Shown here piece by piece: positions 36,455 through 47,660 of a DNA stretch of 61,434 bases. The notes under the pieces were generated by a model. The model saw only the letters and a list, made by a program, of their open reading frames with translations. It searched no databases and was not told where the DNA came from. The stretch covers positions 1 to 61,434 of the forward strand of contig MFNO01000037.1 of assembly GCA_001782075.1 (NCBI GenBank), read 5' to 3'. A program made the translations under genes and the position numbers. Numbering within the stretch: position 1 is the stretch's first letter; each line of letters opens with the position of its first letter. Source of the stretch: Candidatus Levybacteria bacterium RIFCSPHIGHO2_01_FULL_38_26 (GTDB taxonomy: Bacteria > Patescibacteriota > Microgenomatia > Levybacterales > UBA12049).

Positions 36455-37656
36455 AGATACTGACTGCGGTTCTAATTTTGCTGTTTCCGCTTGGAGAATT
36501 GGGTCGTTTTAATATCTATAATGAAATTTTCACAACACTAAATGATATTTTGGTTGGAGTAGTTGTGATTTATTGGTTGATTTTAATAGTTTGGAAAAAT
36601 AAATTGACAGAACTCTCAAAAAAAAAATTATCAAAACCTATTTTAATCTTCATTTTTATTGCTTTTTTATCGTTAATGCTAAATTATCTTAATCTCAAGA
36701 CGGAAGAATTAATCGGCTCATTTTTGTATATTTTACGTTTTGCTGCTTATGTGTCTTTGTATTTTGTAGTAAGCTCATTTGGTCATGATTTTAGAAAAAA
36801 AATTATCTATTTGATGATAGTTTCTGGTGCTTTAGTTATATTGGGAGGTTTTGTTCAGTATTTTTTATACTCTAATCTTGGTAACTTGTACTACTTAGGT
36901 TGGGACGAGCATCTCTATCGGTTATTTTCAAGCTTTCTGGATCCAAATTTTGCTGCATCTATTATTTCATTGTTTTTGACTCTTGTTCTATCAATATTAT
37001 TTTTCAAATTAGAAAAAAGCAAAAAAATCCGATTAGCACTAGTTTTATTATCTGTCTTGGCCTTCACTGCTTTGCTTCTGACCTACTCAAGAAGCGGTTA
37101 TCTGATGGCTATCACAAGCGTACTGGTGCTGCTGTTTTTGCTTGGTAAGAAAAAACATATTGTTATTTTGTTTGCTATTTTTATTTTGGGAATAGTATTT
37201 ATCCCAAAAGACTTTGGTGGAGAGGGTGTCAGGCTGTTAAGAACTGCGTCATTAGTTTCAAGATTTGAGTATTTAGACAACGCCGTAACAATATTTAAAG
37301 ATAATCCAATTTTTGGCGTTGGATTTAACGCATACAGATATGCTCAGTATAGATATGGATTTCTCGACGGTGACAGTTTGCGAACTAGCCATTCTGGTGC
37401 GGGGACTGATAATAGCCTCTTATTTGTTTTGGCAACAACTGGGATTATTGGGTTTGCTTCCTATTTGTATATCTGGTTTAGGGTTATAAAAAATCATTCC
37501 AGTGTGCAGAATAATAGATACCAAAGGATGATATCTGTGGCTGTTGTTGCCTCAATTGTAGGACTTTTTGTCAATGCTCTTTTCATTAATAGTCTTTCTT
37601 ATCCTTTTGTTATGGAGTGGATGTGGATTCTGATAGGAATTAGGGAGAGTAAGTAA
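36442..37656 (+). CDS. O-antigen ligase / Wzy_C-domain membrane protein
   Basis: LLTYSRSGYLM and RTSHSGAGTDNSLL motifs in a ~10-TM protein. GTG start overlaps the upstream stop. Confidence 0.75.
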   Translation: MALLKILTAVLILLFPLGELGRFNIYNEIFTTLNDILVGVVVIYWLILIVWKNKLTELSKKKLSKPILIFIFIAFLSLMLNYLNLKTEELIGSFLYILRFAAYVSLYFVVSSFGHDFRKKIIYLMIVSGALVILGGFVQYFLYSNLGNLYYLGWDEHLYRLFSSFLDPNFAASIISLFLTLVLSILFFKLEKSKKIRLALVLLSVLAFTALLLTYSRSGYLMAITSVLVLLFLLGKKKHIVILFAIFILGIVFIPKDFGGEGVRLLRTASLVSRFEYLDNAVTIFKDNPIFGVGFNAYRYAQYRYGFLDGDSLRTSHSGAGTDNSLLFVLATTGIIGFASYLYIWFRVIKNHSSVQNNRYQRMISVAVVASIVGLFVNALFINSLSYPFVMEWMWILIGIRESK

Positions 37657-38356
37657 CTGAAAGTTTTTTTTCTGTTTTGTTTCCAGCTCGGTCAGCAGCC
37701 TCTATTTTTATTTCGTTCAATCCTTCTTTTAACATCAAATTGTATGAAAAGTTGTTTTCCTCATCTATTACCGCCCAAAAACCGTTTATTGTTACTCTTA
37801 CCTGAGGATCTGTTTTTCCCTTAACTTCAGCTATGTTTTGGTCTTTTGAATAGGAGTCATTGTTTGATGGACTGGATACCTCAAGGGTTGGAGGAGTACT
37901 TTTGAAAACAATTATTAAATTTTGGGAAAATTCACTTTCTTTACCTTCGGGATTAACTGCTTTGGCTTTAACAATATTCTCATCTCTTGAAAGGGCAATT
38001 TCTGAGGAGAAATTTCCATCCTCACCTGCTGAAATCTTATCGGCAATATTCCCGTTTACGTAAACAACAACTGTATTTTTAGCCAGAGTTGATCCTTTTA
38101 TCGTGGTGGTGGCGCTATTTGTTGCCATATCTTGGGTGGTAAATATAGGAGCAGGGATAAATGTAGTTTGATTCGTGTTTTTTGACTCCTGGTTTGCTCT
38201 GGAACCCGATATAAAAAGGCTGAAGTTAACCAGAAGGGGGATTCCAAATTTAACCAAAAGAAAAATCACTGCGATTATCCCTAAGATACTCCAGAACAAA
38301 TTTACTAGCGACTTTTTCGCCTGTCTTTTAGTAAGCCTTGATCTATTCATATGCAT
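37640..38356 (-). CDS. membrane-anchored extracytoplasmic protein with two Ig-like (Big-type) repeats
   Basis: N-terminal TM helix. Two ~80-aa beta-rich repeats (VVVYVNG...AKAVNPEG and VRVTINGF...IEAADRAGN). ATG at 38356, 3 nt after the tRNA-Thr 3' end. Confidence 0.5.
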   Translation of the reverse strand: MHMNRSRLTKRQAKKSLVNLFWSILGIIAVIFLLVKFGIPLLVNFSLFISGSRANQESKNTNQTTFIPAPIFTTQDMATNSATTTIKGSTLAKNTVVVYVNGNIADKISAGEDGNFSSEIALSRDENIVKAKAVNPEGKESEFSQNLIIVFKSTPPTLEVSSPSNNDSYSKDQNIAEVKGKTDPQVRVTINGFWAVIDEENNFSYNLMLKEGLNEIKIEAADRAGNKTEKKLSVTYSP

Positions 38357-38359
38357 CGG

Positions 38360-38431
38360 AGCCAACGGTGAGAATCGAACTCACGGCCTAGTGTTTACGA
38401 AACACTTGCTCTTCCACTGAGCTACGTTGGC
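38360..38431 (-). tRNA. tRNA-Thr(CGU), canonical 72 nt
   Basis: Reverse complement reads GCCAACG TA GCTC AGTGGAA GAGC A AGTGT TTCGTAA ACACT AGGCC GTGAG TTCGATT CTCAC CGTTGGC T. Confidence 0.9.
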
Positions 38432-38524
38432 AAGAAGCCGCTGCTTTTCCACGCTTGTCTCGCTACGCTCGCAAGTGAGCTCGCTGCGGCTCAGCGGGAC
38501 TCCACTCCACTAAGCTATATCGGC
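38432..38524 (-). other. orphan tRNA-Thr-like 5' fragment (GCCGATATAGCTTAGTGGA, 38506-38524) followed by a GC-rich structured spacer closed by CCGCTG/CAGCGG (38438-38497)
   Basis: Read directly on the minus strand. A possible promoter (TGGACG-N16-TATAAT, roughly 38534-38561) would start transcription just before the fragment. Confidence 0.5.
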
Positions 38525-38547
38525 GGTTACTGTGATTATACATTATT

Positions 38548-39195
38548 TTACTTATTCGTCCATACGTGGGGATTGTGAAACCAGAGGTCAATGCTTTTTT
38601 TCTCTTTTTCGGTTATTATTCCCTGTCTTAAGGCTTCGTCTGCAATATATTTGCCTGTAGTGAGGGAATATACAGTTATTCCATTTTCTTCAAGCAATTT
38701 TTTTGTTTCTTTCGAATTATAGATGGTAGTTGTAATACAGTATTTTACTCTGCCGCCTGAAGCTCGAATAGTTTGAGCGTTGTTCGCAACGCTTGTAGCT
38801 GTTGAAATATGATCTTCTATGATGACTACGTCTGATCCTGGTTTTAAGTATCCTTCGAGCTTATTGCCTTTTCCATACGATTTAGTGGAAGGTCTTACAT
38901 ATACCATTGGGAGGTTTAATTTGTCCGATACAAACGCGGCTTGAGGAATGGCAGCTGTCGCGGTGCCAGAGATATAGTCGACATTAGCAAGCCCTATATG
39001 GTTTTTGATAATCGAAACGTAGAACCCGATAATTTTTCCTCTTTCTTTTGGATATGACATTGTGATTCTGTTGTCAAGGTATATCGGGCTTTTTAGACCG
39101 CTCGTGAATACAAATGGAGGATCAAACCTGAACGTTACAGCATTTATTTCAAGCAATGTTTTTGCAGTCTCTTTTTTGTATAAATCTTTGTTCAT
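38548..39195 (-). CDS. pyrE: orotate phosphoribosyltransferase
   Basis: PRPP-binding motif VVIIEDHISTATS. Confidence 0.9.
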   Translation of the reverse strand: MNKDLYKKETAKTLLEINAVTFRFDPPFVFTSGLKSPIYLDNRITMSYPKERGKIIGFYVSIIKNHIGLANVDYISGTATAAIPQAAFVSDKLNLPMVYVRPSTKSYGKGNKLEGYLKPGSDVVIIEDHISTATSVANNAQTIRASGGRVKYCITTTIYNSKETKKLLEENGITVYSLTTGKYIADEALRQGIITEKEKKSIDLWFHNPHVWTNK

Positions 39196-39971
39196 GACTG
39201 ATTTCTGTATTTATTAATCAATTCATTAAGCTCCTGAGCTTTTTCTCTTGGATTTGATGAAAAAAGAACGCTCCTGCTAGCATTGTACATTATTCCTTCC
39301 CCATTTTCATCAATGCCAGCCATAACAGCCCTTTTAATATCTCCTTTTTGGGCTCCAAGTCCTGCTGATAAAAAGATTTTGTCAGGAAAAATTTTTCTAA
39401 TTTTTTTCAGCTCGCTAGGGTACGTAGCGCCAACAAAAATACCAATATTGTCATATTTCCATTTTTTTATAATTTCTGACATTTTTAAATAATAGGGAAC
39501 ACCATTTGCATATAAATCTTGAAACATTTTAGAATCAGGGTTTGAAGTTTTGACAAGAAGTATTGTAAGCTTATCTTTATACTCCAAAAAGGGTTTAACA
39601 GAATCCAAGCCCAGATTTGGATAAACTGTTACCGCGTCAGCCCCCCAGTATTCAAAAGCCGATTTTGCGTACATTTTTGCGGTATTGCCAATATCACCTC
39701 TTTTAGCATCTAGGATTATCGGAATATCTTTGTAGTTGGATTTTAGATAGTCAATAGTCTTTTTTAGCGATTTAAGACCATCTATGCCACGCGCTTCGTA
39801 AAAGGCGATATTTGGTTTGTATGCGCAGACTTGGTCGTTGGTGGCATCGATGATGCTTTTATTGAAGGGAAAAATCGGACTGGGATTTTTTTCGAGATCA
39901 GGATCAAGACCAATGCACAGAAGGGAATTGTTTTTTTTTGTTATTTTTTCGAGTTTTTGTCTAAAGGTCAT
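39192..39971 (-). CDS. pyrF: orotidine 5'-phosphate decarboxylase
   Basis: DAKRGDIGNT motif. ATGA overlap with pyrE. Confidence 0.9.
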   Translation of the reverse strand: MTFRQKLEKITKKNNSLLCIGLDPDLEKNPSPIFPFNKSIIDATNDQVCAYKPNIAFYEARGIDGLKSLKKTIDYLKSNYKDIPIILDAKRGDIGNTAKMYAKSAFEYWGADAVTVYPNLGLDSVKPFLEYKDKLTILLVKTSNPDSKMFQDLYANGVPYYLKMSEIIKKWKYDNIGIFVGATYPSELKKIRKIFPDKIFLSAGLGAQKGDIKRAVMAGIDENGEGIMYNASRSVLFSSNPREKAQELNELINKYRNQS

Positions 39972-40518
39972 TTTTTCTCCTACTCAATTCCTTAATAACT
40001 TCATCGATTAATTTTTTTGGTGAGTTACTCAGTATTATTTTTGCCTTACTCTTTTTGGATACTTTTTTGGAAAGAGCAGGCAGTTCGTCTGCAATTCCTC
40101 CAGTACCTGTTAGAACTCCAATTACTTTTCCCATGTCATAGAGATTCGTAAATTCATTTAGTGTTCCCCATCTTCCAGATATAATAATCCCAGCATCGCA
40201 ATTCGCTGTCGATATGACATTTCTATACTTTTTAGAAATATCTAAATTTGAAGCAAAAGGAAAGCTTGTTGGGATAAAAAATAGTTTTTTGTAAATTGAG
40301 GTATCACCATTAGGTGTAGACTTGGGTGGATATCCCCAAACTTCAATGCCTCTTTTTGCCGCTTTTTTTGCTACAAGATAGGGAATTCCGGAAGATCCAC
40401 CTGTTATTATGATAATATTGTATATAGAAAGTTCTTTAGCCAACTGTTCGGCCATGTCAATAGCTTTAGATTCTAATTCTTCTGCACTAGAAGCGAATAT
40501 TCCGATTTTATATTTCAT
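39961..40518 (-). CDS. LOG/TIGR00725-family Rossmann protein (possible nucleotide phosphoribohydrolase)
   Basis: ITGGSSGIPYLVAKKA and SGRWGTLNEF resemble the GGGxxGxM and PGGxGTxxE motifs of the LOG family. Confidence 0.65.
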   Translation of the reverse strand: MKYKIGIFASSAEELESKAIDMAEQLAKELSIYNIIIITGGSSGIPYLVAKKAAKRGIEVWGYPPKSTPNGDTSIYKKLFFIPTSFPFASNLDISKKYRNVISTANCDAGIIISGRWGTLNEFTNLYDMGKVIGVLTGTGGIADELPALSKKVSKKSKAKIILSNSPKKLIDEVIKELSRRKNDL

Positions 40519-40519
40519 T

Positions 40520-41209
40520 TTAATTTTCCAGGACTTTTGAAACGGAAGTAGGCTTTAAACCTTTATTTTTTAACAATCTCACACCCTCCGGAAGCACATC
40601 TAATATCCGGTTTTTTCCTTGCTGATTGTTTTGTCCGTCGTGAAGTATTATTATGTTTCCTGCTCCTGCTTGGCTAAGTGTTTTTACCTGTGAACGAATT
40701 TGTCCGTCTGGCCTTACAACTTTAAGGAGGTTTCCCAATACAGTTGTCATTCCAAGTTGATTTGCGTGAATTATTCCGGATCCTAATTGAAGATAATGGG
40801 GTCTATAGAGATTTACGTCTGTTTTTGTTAAGGTTTCTAATTTTTTCTTTGCCTCTCCTAATTCCTGTTTTGTAAAATGTCCGAAAAATCTTGAATAAAT
40901 TGTAGGTTTAAGGTCATTTGGCGCATGAAGACCTACTTCATATCCATTATTTTTAATTTCTGAAAGTATTTTTTTAAAAATAATTGGATGGGAATATGAT
41001 AAGTTTATGGCATTTTCGACAATCCAAAAAAATGTCGCGCGTATTCTATTTTCTTTTAGAATTTCAATGACCCTTGGAGTATTGTCAGGATGAGGACCGT
41101 CATCAAAAGACAGTGCAACAAGTTTGTCTTCTCTTGCCCCTTCGGTACCGGCGAACTTTGAATATCTAATCCACTCTCTAAGGTAAATTCTTCTTTTACT
41201 TTTTATCAT
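40520..41209 (-). CDS. polysaccharide deacetylase (CE4 family)
   Basis: LSFDDGPHPDNTPRVIEIL motif. Start at 41209 gives an ATGA overlap with the pyrD stop. Confidence 0.8.
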   Translation of the reverse strand: MIKSKRRIYLREWIRYSKFAGTEGAREDKLVALSFDDGPHPDNTPRVIEILKENRIRATFFWIVENAINLSYSHPIIFKKILSEIKNNGYEVGLHAPNDLKPTIYSRFFGHFTKQELGEAKKKLETLTKTDVNLYRPHYLQLGSGIIHANQLGMTTVLGNLLKVVRPDGQIRSQVKTLSQAGAGNIIILHDGQNNQQGKNRILDVLPEGVRLLKNKGLKPTSVSKVLEN

Positions 41210-42279
41210 ACGTTTTCTTTTTTCCATATTTCACTTGCGAGATAGGGATTCCACATTGCTCCTGTTGCAGATTGGACAGCCTCAGCCCCCGCTTTTCTGT
41301 ATTCAAAATAGTCATTGACGTTTGTTACTCCGCCTATTCCTACGATCTCAAACTTGTAGCCGTTTTTACTTCTTATTTTACTAAGTTTTGAAACCATTTC
41401 AAGCCCCGCCCATTTTATTGCATAACCTCCGACGCCGCTTTTGAGTCTATTTGAACCGGGTAGAGCCTGTTTGCCTTCTTCATCCACTATTGAAAATTGC
41501 ATTGTATTGATTGCCGCTATTGCGCTGGCATATTCGTTTGTAATTTTTGCAACAACCTCTATGTCTTTGTCCCTATTGAAATATCCAACTTTAACAATAA
41601 GAGGAGCGTTGCCAATCGCTTTTCTTATAGATTTACATATCTTTTCTGTCGTTTTTAGATCATAACAGACAAGTCCTTCTTTCTCCAGATTCGGACAGGA
41701 AAGGTTTACCTCGATTGCCTTTACTCCAGTTTGCTTTGCAAGGTCGGCAGTTCGTGCAAAGTCGTTAATAAACTGCTGTTGAGTCTGTCCTTTTTTTATT
41801 GTTCCCATAAATCCTAAAATTAACAATTTTCCTTCTGTTTCGTATTTTAGAGCCTGTTTTAGATCTTTTTGCCAAATCTCGGGGTCTTTTGATGGAACGC
41901 CAAACGAGTTGGTGATAGAGATTCGCTTTGGATCTTTTGGTTTGTTTTTAAGTTTTAAACTCTTGATTTTTAAAGGGTCAAGTTTTTCAGGTGCGTCAAC
42001 ATAAACGACATTTGGGAATGGATGGCAGGGAAAATGATCGGATCTTACAGTTTTGTATGTACACAGCGAAAACCCAAAGTCAAATGCTGCTTTTATAAAT
42101 TTTGAATTAAGAAGCGGTCCTGCAGGGATACCAAAGGGAACGTTTATTTCAAAATTCAAGAATTTAAATTTTGGTCGTATTTTTTTAAAAATAGGTCTTT
42201 TTAACTTTGAAATACCAACAGGACCTTTTTCGAAATTTTTTTCGTATGTCCATTTAGTGTTATAGAACAGGGAATCCAT
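41206..42279 (-). CDS. pyrD: dihydroorotate dehydrogenase (class 1-like, with an N-terminal extension)
   Basis: NSFGVPSKD, VNLSCPN (active-site Cys loop) and GIGGV motifs. Confidence 0.75.
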   Translation of the reverse strand: MDSLFYNTKWTYEKNFEKGPVGISKLKRPIFKKIRPKFKFLNFEINVPFGIPAGPLLNSKFIKAAFDFGFSLCTYKTVRSDHFPCHPFPNVVYVDAPEKLDPLKIKSLKLKNKPKDPKRISITNSFGVPSKDPEIWQKDLKQALKYETEGKLLILGFMGTIKKGQTQQQFINDFARTADLAKQTGVKAIEVNLSCPNLEKEGLVCYDLKTTEKICKSIRKAIGNAPLIVKVGYFNRDKDIEVVAKITNEYASAIAAINTMQFSIVDEEGKQALPGSNRLKSGVGGYAIKWAGLEMVSKLSKIRSKNGYKFEIVGIGGVTNVNDYFEYRKAGAEAVQSATGAMWNPYLASEIWKKENV

Positions 42280-42282
42280 AAG

Positions 42283-42722
42283 TTAAATATTGGTACCCGG
42301 GGGTAGGTTGACTTTGCGTCTTTTGCTTGCGACTTTGAGCTCCAGGATGGATCGGCGAAACTCGCTCTCGGCAAGCGCGAAGTCTTTTTTGCTAACTTTC
42401 TCCTGGGAGTCTTTCAAAACTTTCTCGGCTCTTTTTTGTGCCTCAATGGCTTTTGATACCTCAATTTCCTCGCTTCGAACAGCATAGTCCGCAAGAAGAA
42501 TAACGTTATTTTTAGACACCTCCAAAAATCCTCCGGCTACGGCCAAGTACTGTGCTTTACCGTTGTTGATCATGCTTATTTCACCCTGTTCTACTTGTGT
42601 AAATAGTGACGTGTGGTTTGGCAGTATAGTTATTTGGCCGTTAACTGTTGGGATGATTACCTCATCTACGTCGTCTTTAAGAACTGTTTTTTCAGGAGTT
42701 ATTATTTCAAAATGAAATTTCA

Positions 42723-42723
<1 letters not shown>
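42283..42723 (-). CDS. atpC: F1 ATP synthase subunit epsilon
   Basis: Operon position after atpD. N-terminal beta-sandwich pattern ITPE...V.IPT..G.ITILPNH. Confidence 0.9.
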
Positions 42724-44980
<2,257 letters not shown>

Positions 44981-44987
44981 AGTTTTT

Positions 44988-46508
44988 TTAAACTTTAAAG
45001 ATTTTTTTAAACTGAGCAGTTGTTTTTTTCAAATCGGAAACAACCGTATCGGATAGTTTTTCGCCACTTGATAGTTTTGTTATGGAATTCGGATCTCGTT
45101 TTTTGACAAAATCGTGGTATTCTTTTTCGAATTGTAAAACTTTCTCAACTGGAATATCGTCAAGATAGCCATTAACTACTGCCCAGATACTAAGGATCTG
45201 AAAAGCCTCCGACAAAGGATTGTACTGGGACTGCTTTAAGATTTCAGAAAGCCTTTTTCCTCTTTCAAGTTGGCTAAGGGTGGTTGGGTCAAGCTCGCTG
45301 CCGAATTGGGCAAAGGCCGCCAGTTCTCTGTACTGCGCAAGCTCAAGTCTAAGTTTTACGGCAACAGATTTCATCGCGGCTGTCTGTGCGGCCCCACCTA
45401 CTCTTGAAACGGAGTTTCCCGCGTTTATCGCCGGTCTTACTCCTATGTTGAAAAGTTCTGGCTGGAGATAAATCTGACCGTCAGTTATGGAAATTACATT
45501 TGTAGGTATATAAGCCGAAATATCATTTGCTTGAGTTTCTATAATCGGAAGAGCGGTAATTGAACCACCTCCAAATTCTTTATTCATTTTTGCTGATCTC
45601 TCAAGAAGCCTGCTGTGAAGATAAAATATGTCGCCAGGATATGCTTCGCGCCCCGCTGGTCTCCCAAGTACTAAAGAGATCTGTCTGTAAGCCCAGGCGT
45701 GTTTTGTGAGGTCGTCGTATATAATAAGAACGTCTTTTCCTTTTTGCATAAAATATTCAGCTATAGCGGTACCGGCATACGGAGCAAGATACTGCAAAGA
45801 TGCAGGATCATGGGCATTTGCCGCCACTATAACTGTGTAACTTATTGAATCATGTTCTTTCAAAGTCGCTATAATTTGAGCAACACTGCTCTGTTTTTGG
45901 CCAATCGCCACATATATACATATGACAGGGTTTTGGTCTTTGGTTTTTGGCCTCTGGTTTATTATAGCGTCAATCGCAATAGCCGTCTTTCCCAGACCCC
46001 TGTCTCCTATAATAAGTTCTCGTTGGCCTCTTCCGATGGGAATCATAGAATCGATAGCTTTAACTCCTGTTTTAAGAGGAGTGTTTACGGGTTCACGTTC
46101 AACTACTCCTGGTGCTATACGTTCAAGCGGCATCAGTGTGCCATTTTTTATTTTTGACAGTCCGTCGAGTGGGTTTCCCAGCGGGTTTACTACTCTTCCC
46201 AGCAGATCCTCTGACGCATTTATCCCAAGCAACTTACCGCTTCTTTTAACAACATCTCCTTCTTTTATACTTTCTCCTGACTCGAGTAAAATAATAGAGA
46301 CATATTCGTCACCTAATCCAAGCACCACACCCGATCCGCCTTTTTCAAAATTTACCTGTTCGCCCATAACTGCTTTTGAAAGTCCAGAAACAATCACTAC
46401 GCCATCGCTATTTTTTTCAACTATTCCAATGTTTTGGGTCTTTGCATCCAGCGAATAAGTTCTTAGCTTTTTTTCCAGCTCACTAATAATATTTCTGTCT
46501 TTAATCAT
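44988..46508 (-). CDS. atpA: F1 ATP synthase subunit alpha
   Basis: Walker A GDRGLGKT. Overall length is typical. Confidence 0.97.
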   Translation of the reverse strand: MIKDRNIISELEKKLRTYSLDAKTQNIGIVEKNSDGVVIVSGLSKAVMGEQVNFEKGGSGVVLGLGDEYVSIILLESGESIKEGDVVKRSGKLLGINASEDLLGRVVNPLGNPLDGLSKIKNGTLMPLERIAPGVVEREPVNTPLKTGVKAIDSMIPIGRGQRELIIGDRGLGKTAIAIDAIINQRPKTKDQNPVICIYVAIGQKQSSVAQIIATLKEHDSISYTVIVAANAHDPASLQYLAPYAGTAIAEYFMQKGKDVLIIYDDLTKHAWAYRQISLVLGRPAGREAYPGDIFYLHSRLLERSAKMNKEFGGGSITALPIIETQANDISAYIPTNVISITDGQIYLQPELFNIGVRPAINAGNSVSRVGGAAQTAAMKSVAVKLRLELAQYRELAAFAQFGSELDPTTLSQLERGKRLSEILKQSQYNPLSEAFQILSIWAVVNGYLDDIPVEKVLQFEKEYHDFVKKRDPNSITKLSSGEKLSDTVVSDLKKTTAQFKKIFKV

Positions 46509-46863
46509 AATTTTCTTTGACTTTTGATATTATACTATCCAAGGATTTCATCAGGCTTATCTCCAGTATATCGTCTCCTTCTGCAACTCGCATTCCAAGG
46601 AGTAGCATTGGGTCAACATTCCATACTATTTTCTTGTTTGGAAATATTTTTTTTAATTCATTTTCATACTCACCAAAATCATTACTCGGGGTATCTATAA
46701 ATATACTTAGAGACTTTTCCCTTTTTTTGAGAGCATTAAGATATTTTTTCAAATACGAACGGTTACTATTGAGTATTTTTGCAATTTGATTGACTTTTCC
46801 AAAATCCAAATCGTTTCTCCTATAGCTGTATTCAACGAGTTGATGTAAAAGTTTTTTGTCCAT
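46501..46863 (-). CDS. atpH: F1 ATP synthase subunit delta, unusually short (120 aa)
   Basis: Operon position between atpF and atpA. C-terminal pattern DPMLLLGMRVAEGDDILEISL matches the delta/OSCP C-terminus. Confidence 0.65.
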   Translation of the reverse strand: MDKKLLHQLVEYSYRRNDLDFGKVNQIAKILNSNRSYLKKYLNALKKREKSLSIFIDTPSNDFGEYENELKKIFPNKKIVWNVDPMLLLGMRVAEGDDILEISLMKSLDSIISKVKENYD

Positions 46864-46865
46864 AA

Positions 46866-47369
46866 TTAATTTTTTTGTCCTAATTTTTTAATTGCTTTTT
46901 TCATTACAAGCTCCTGATCTTCTTTGTTAAACAGATCCTCTGTGGTTTTTTTAAGAAAGTCAACAGCAAGCTGACTTACATAAAGAGTAAGTTTCTTCTC
47001 AACATCTTTTGACTCCATTGAAATTTGCATGCGCGCGTCGCTTAGCATTTTATCAACCTTTGCTTTTGTTGAGTCCTCAGCGTCCTTGAGAATCCCGACG
47101 CTTTCTTTTTTTGCTTCATCAAGCATTTGCTGAGCCTGCTTTTGAGCAGTTGATAGAACTCGTCTCTCTTTTTCTTCTATCTTCTCAAGACGAATTGTTG
47201 CCTCTTGCGCCTTGTCCAGCCCATCTTTTATAAGATTTTTTCTCTTTTCGAGAGTTTTCAGTATGGGTTTATAAAGAAACTTTCGTAGTATAAATAGAAC
47301 TACTAAAAAATTTACAATCTGCGCGACAAGAAGAATTGGGTCCAATCCGAAATTACTGATAAATTCCAT
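46866..47369 (-). CDS. atpF: Fo ATP synthase subunit b
   Basis: Single N-terminal TM helix plus a long charged helix. Operon position. Confidence 0.85.
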   Translation of the reverse strand: MEFISNFGLDPILLVAQIVNFLVVLFILRKFLYKPILKTLEKRKNLIKDGLDKAQEATIRLEKIEEKERRVLSTAQKQAQQMLDEAKKESVGILKDAEDSTKAKVDKMLSDARMQISMESKDVEKKLTLYVSQLAVDFLKKTTEDLFNKEDQELVMKKAIKKLGQKN

Positions 47370-47387
47370 AAATCTCCTTTATTATTC

Positions 47388-47597
<210 letters not shown>

Positions 47598-47660
47598 TCA
47601 CCTCCTTTTTCCCGCCAGAAAATAATCCCTTTTTTTAGGGCAAATAGTAAATGTTAGAAT

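Noticed and set aside
45922-46458. Long antisense or overlapping ORFs in the track, for example 45922..46458 (+), 6121..6507 (-), 23940..24353 (-), 60489..60905 (-), 53030..53389 (+)
   Set aside because: They are shadow ORFs opposite or overlapping well-supported genes (atpA, the vWA gene, parB, the LysM gene, gatA/gatB). They have low-complexity translations, no motifs and no RBS.
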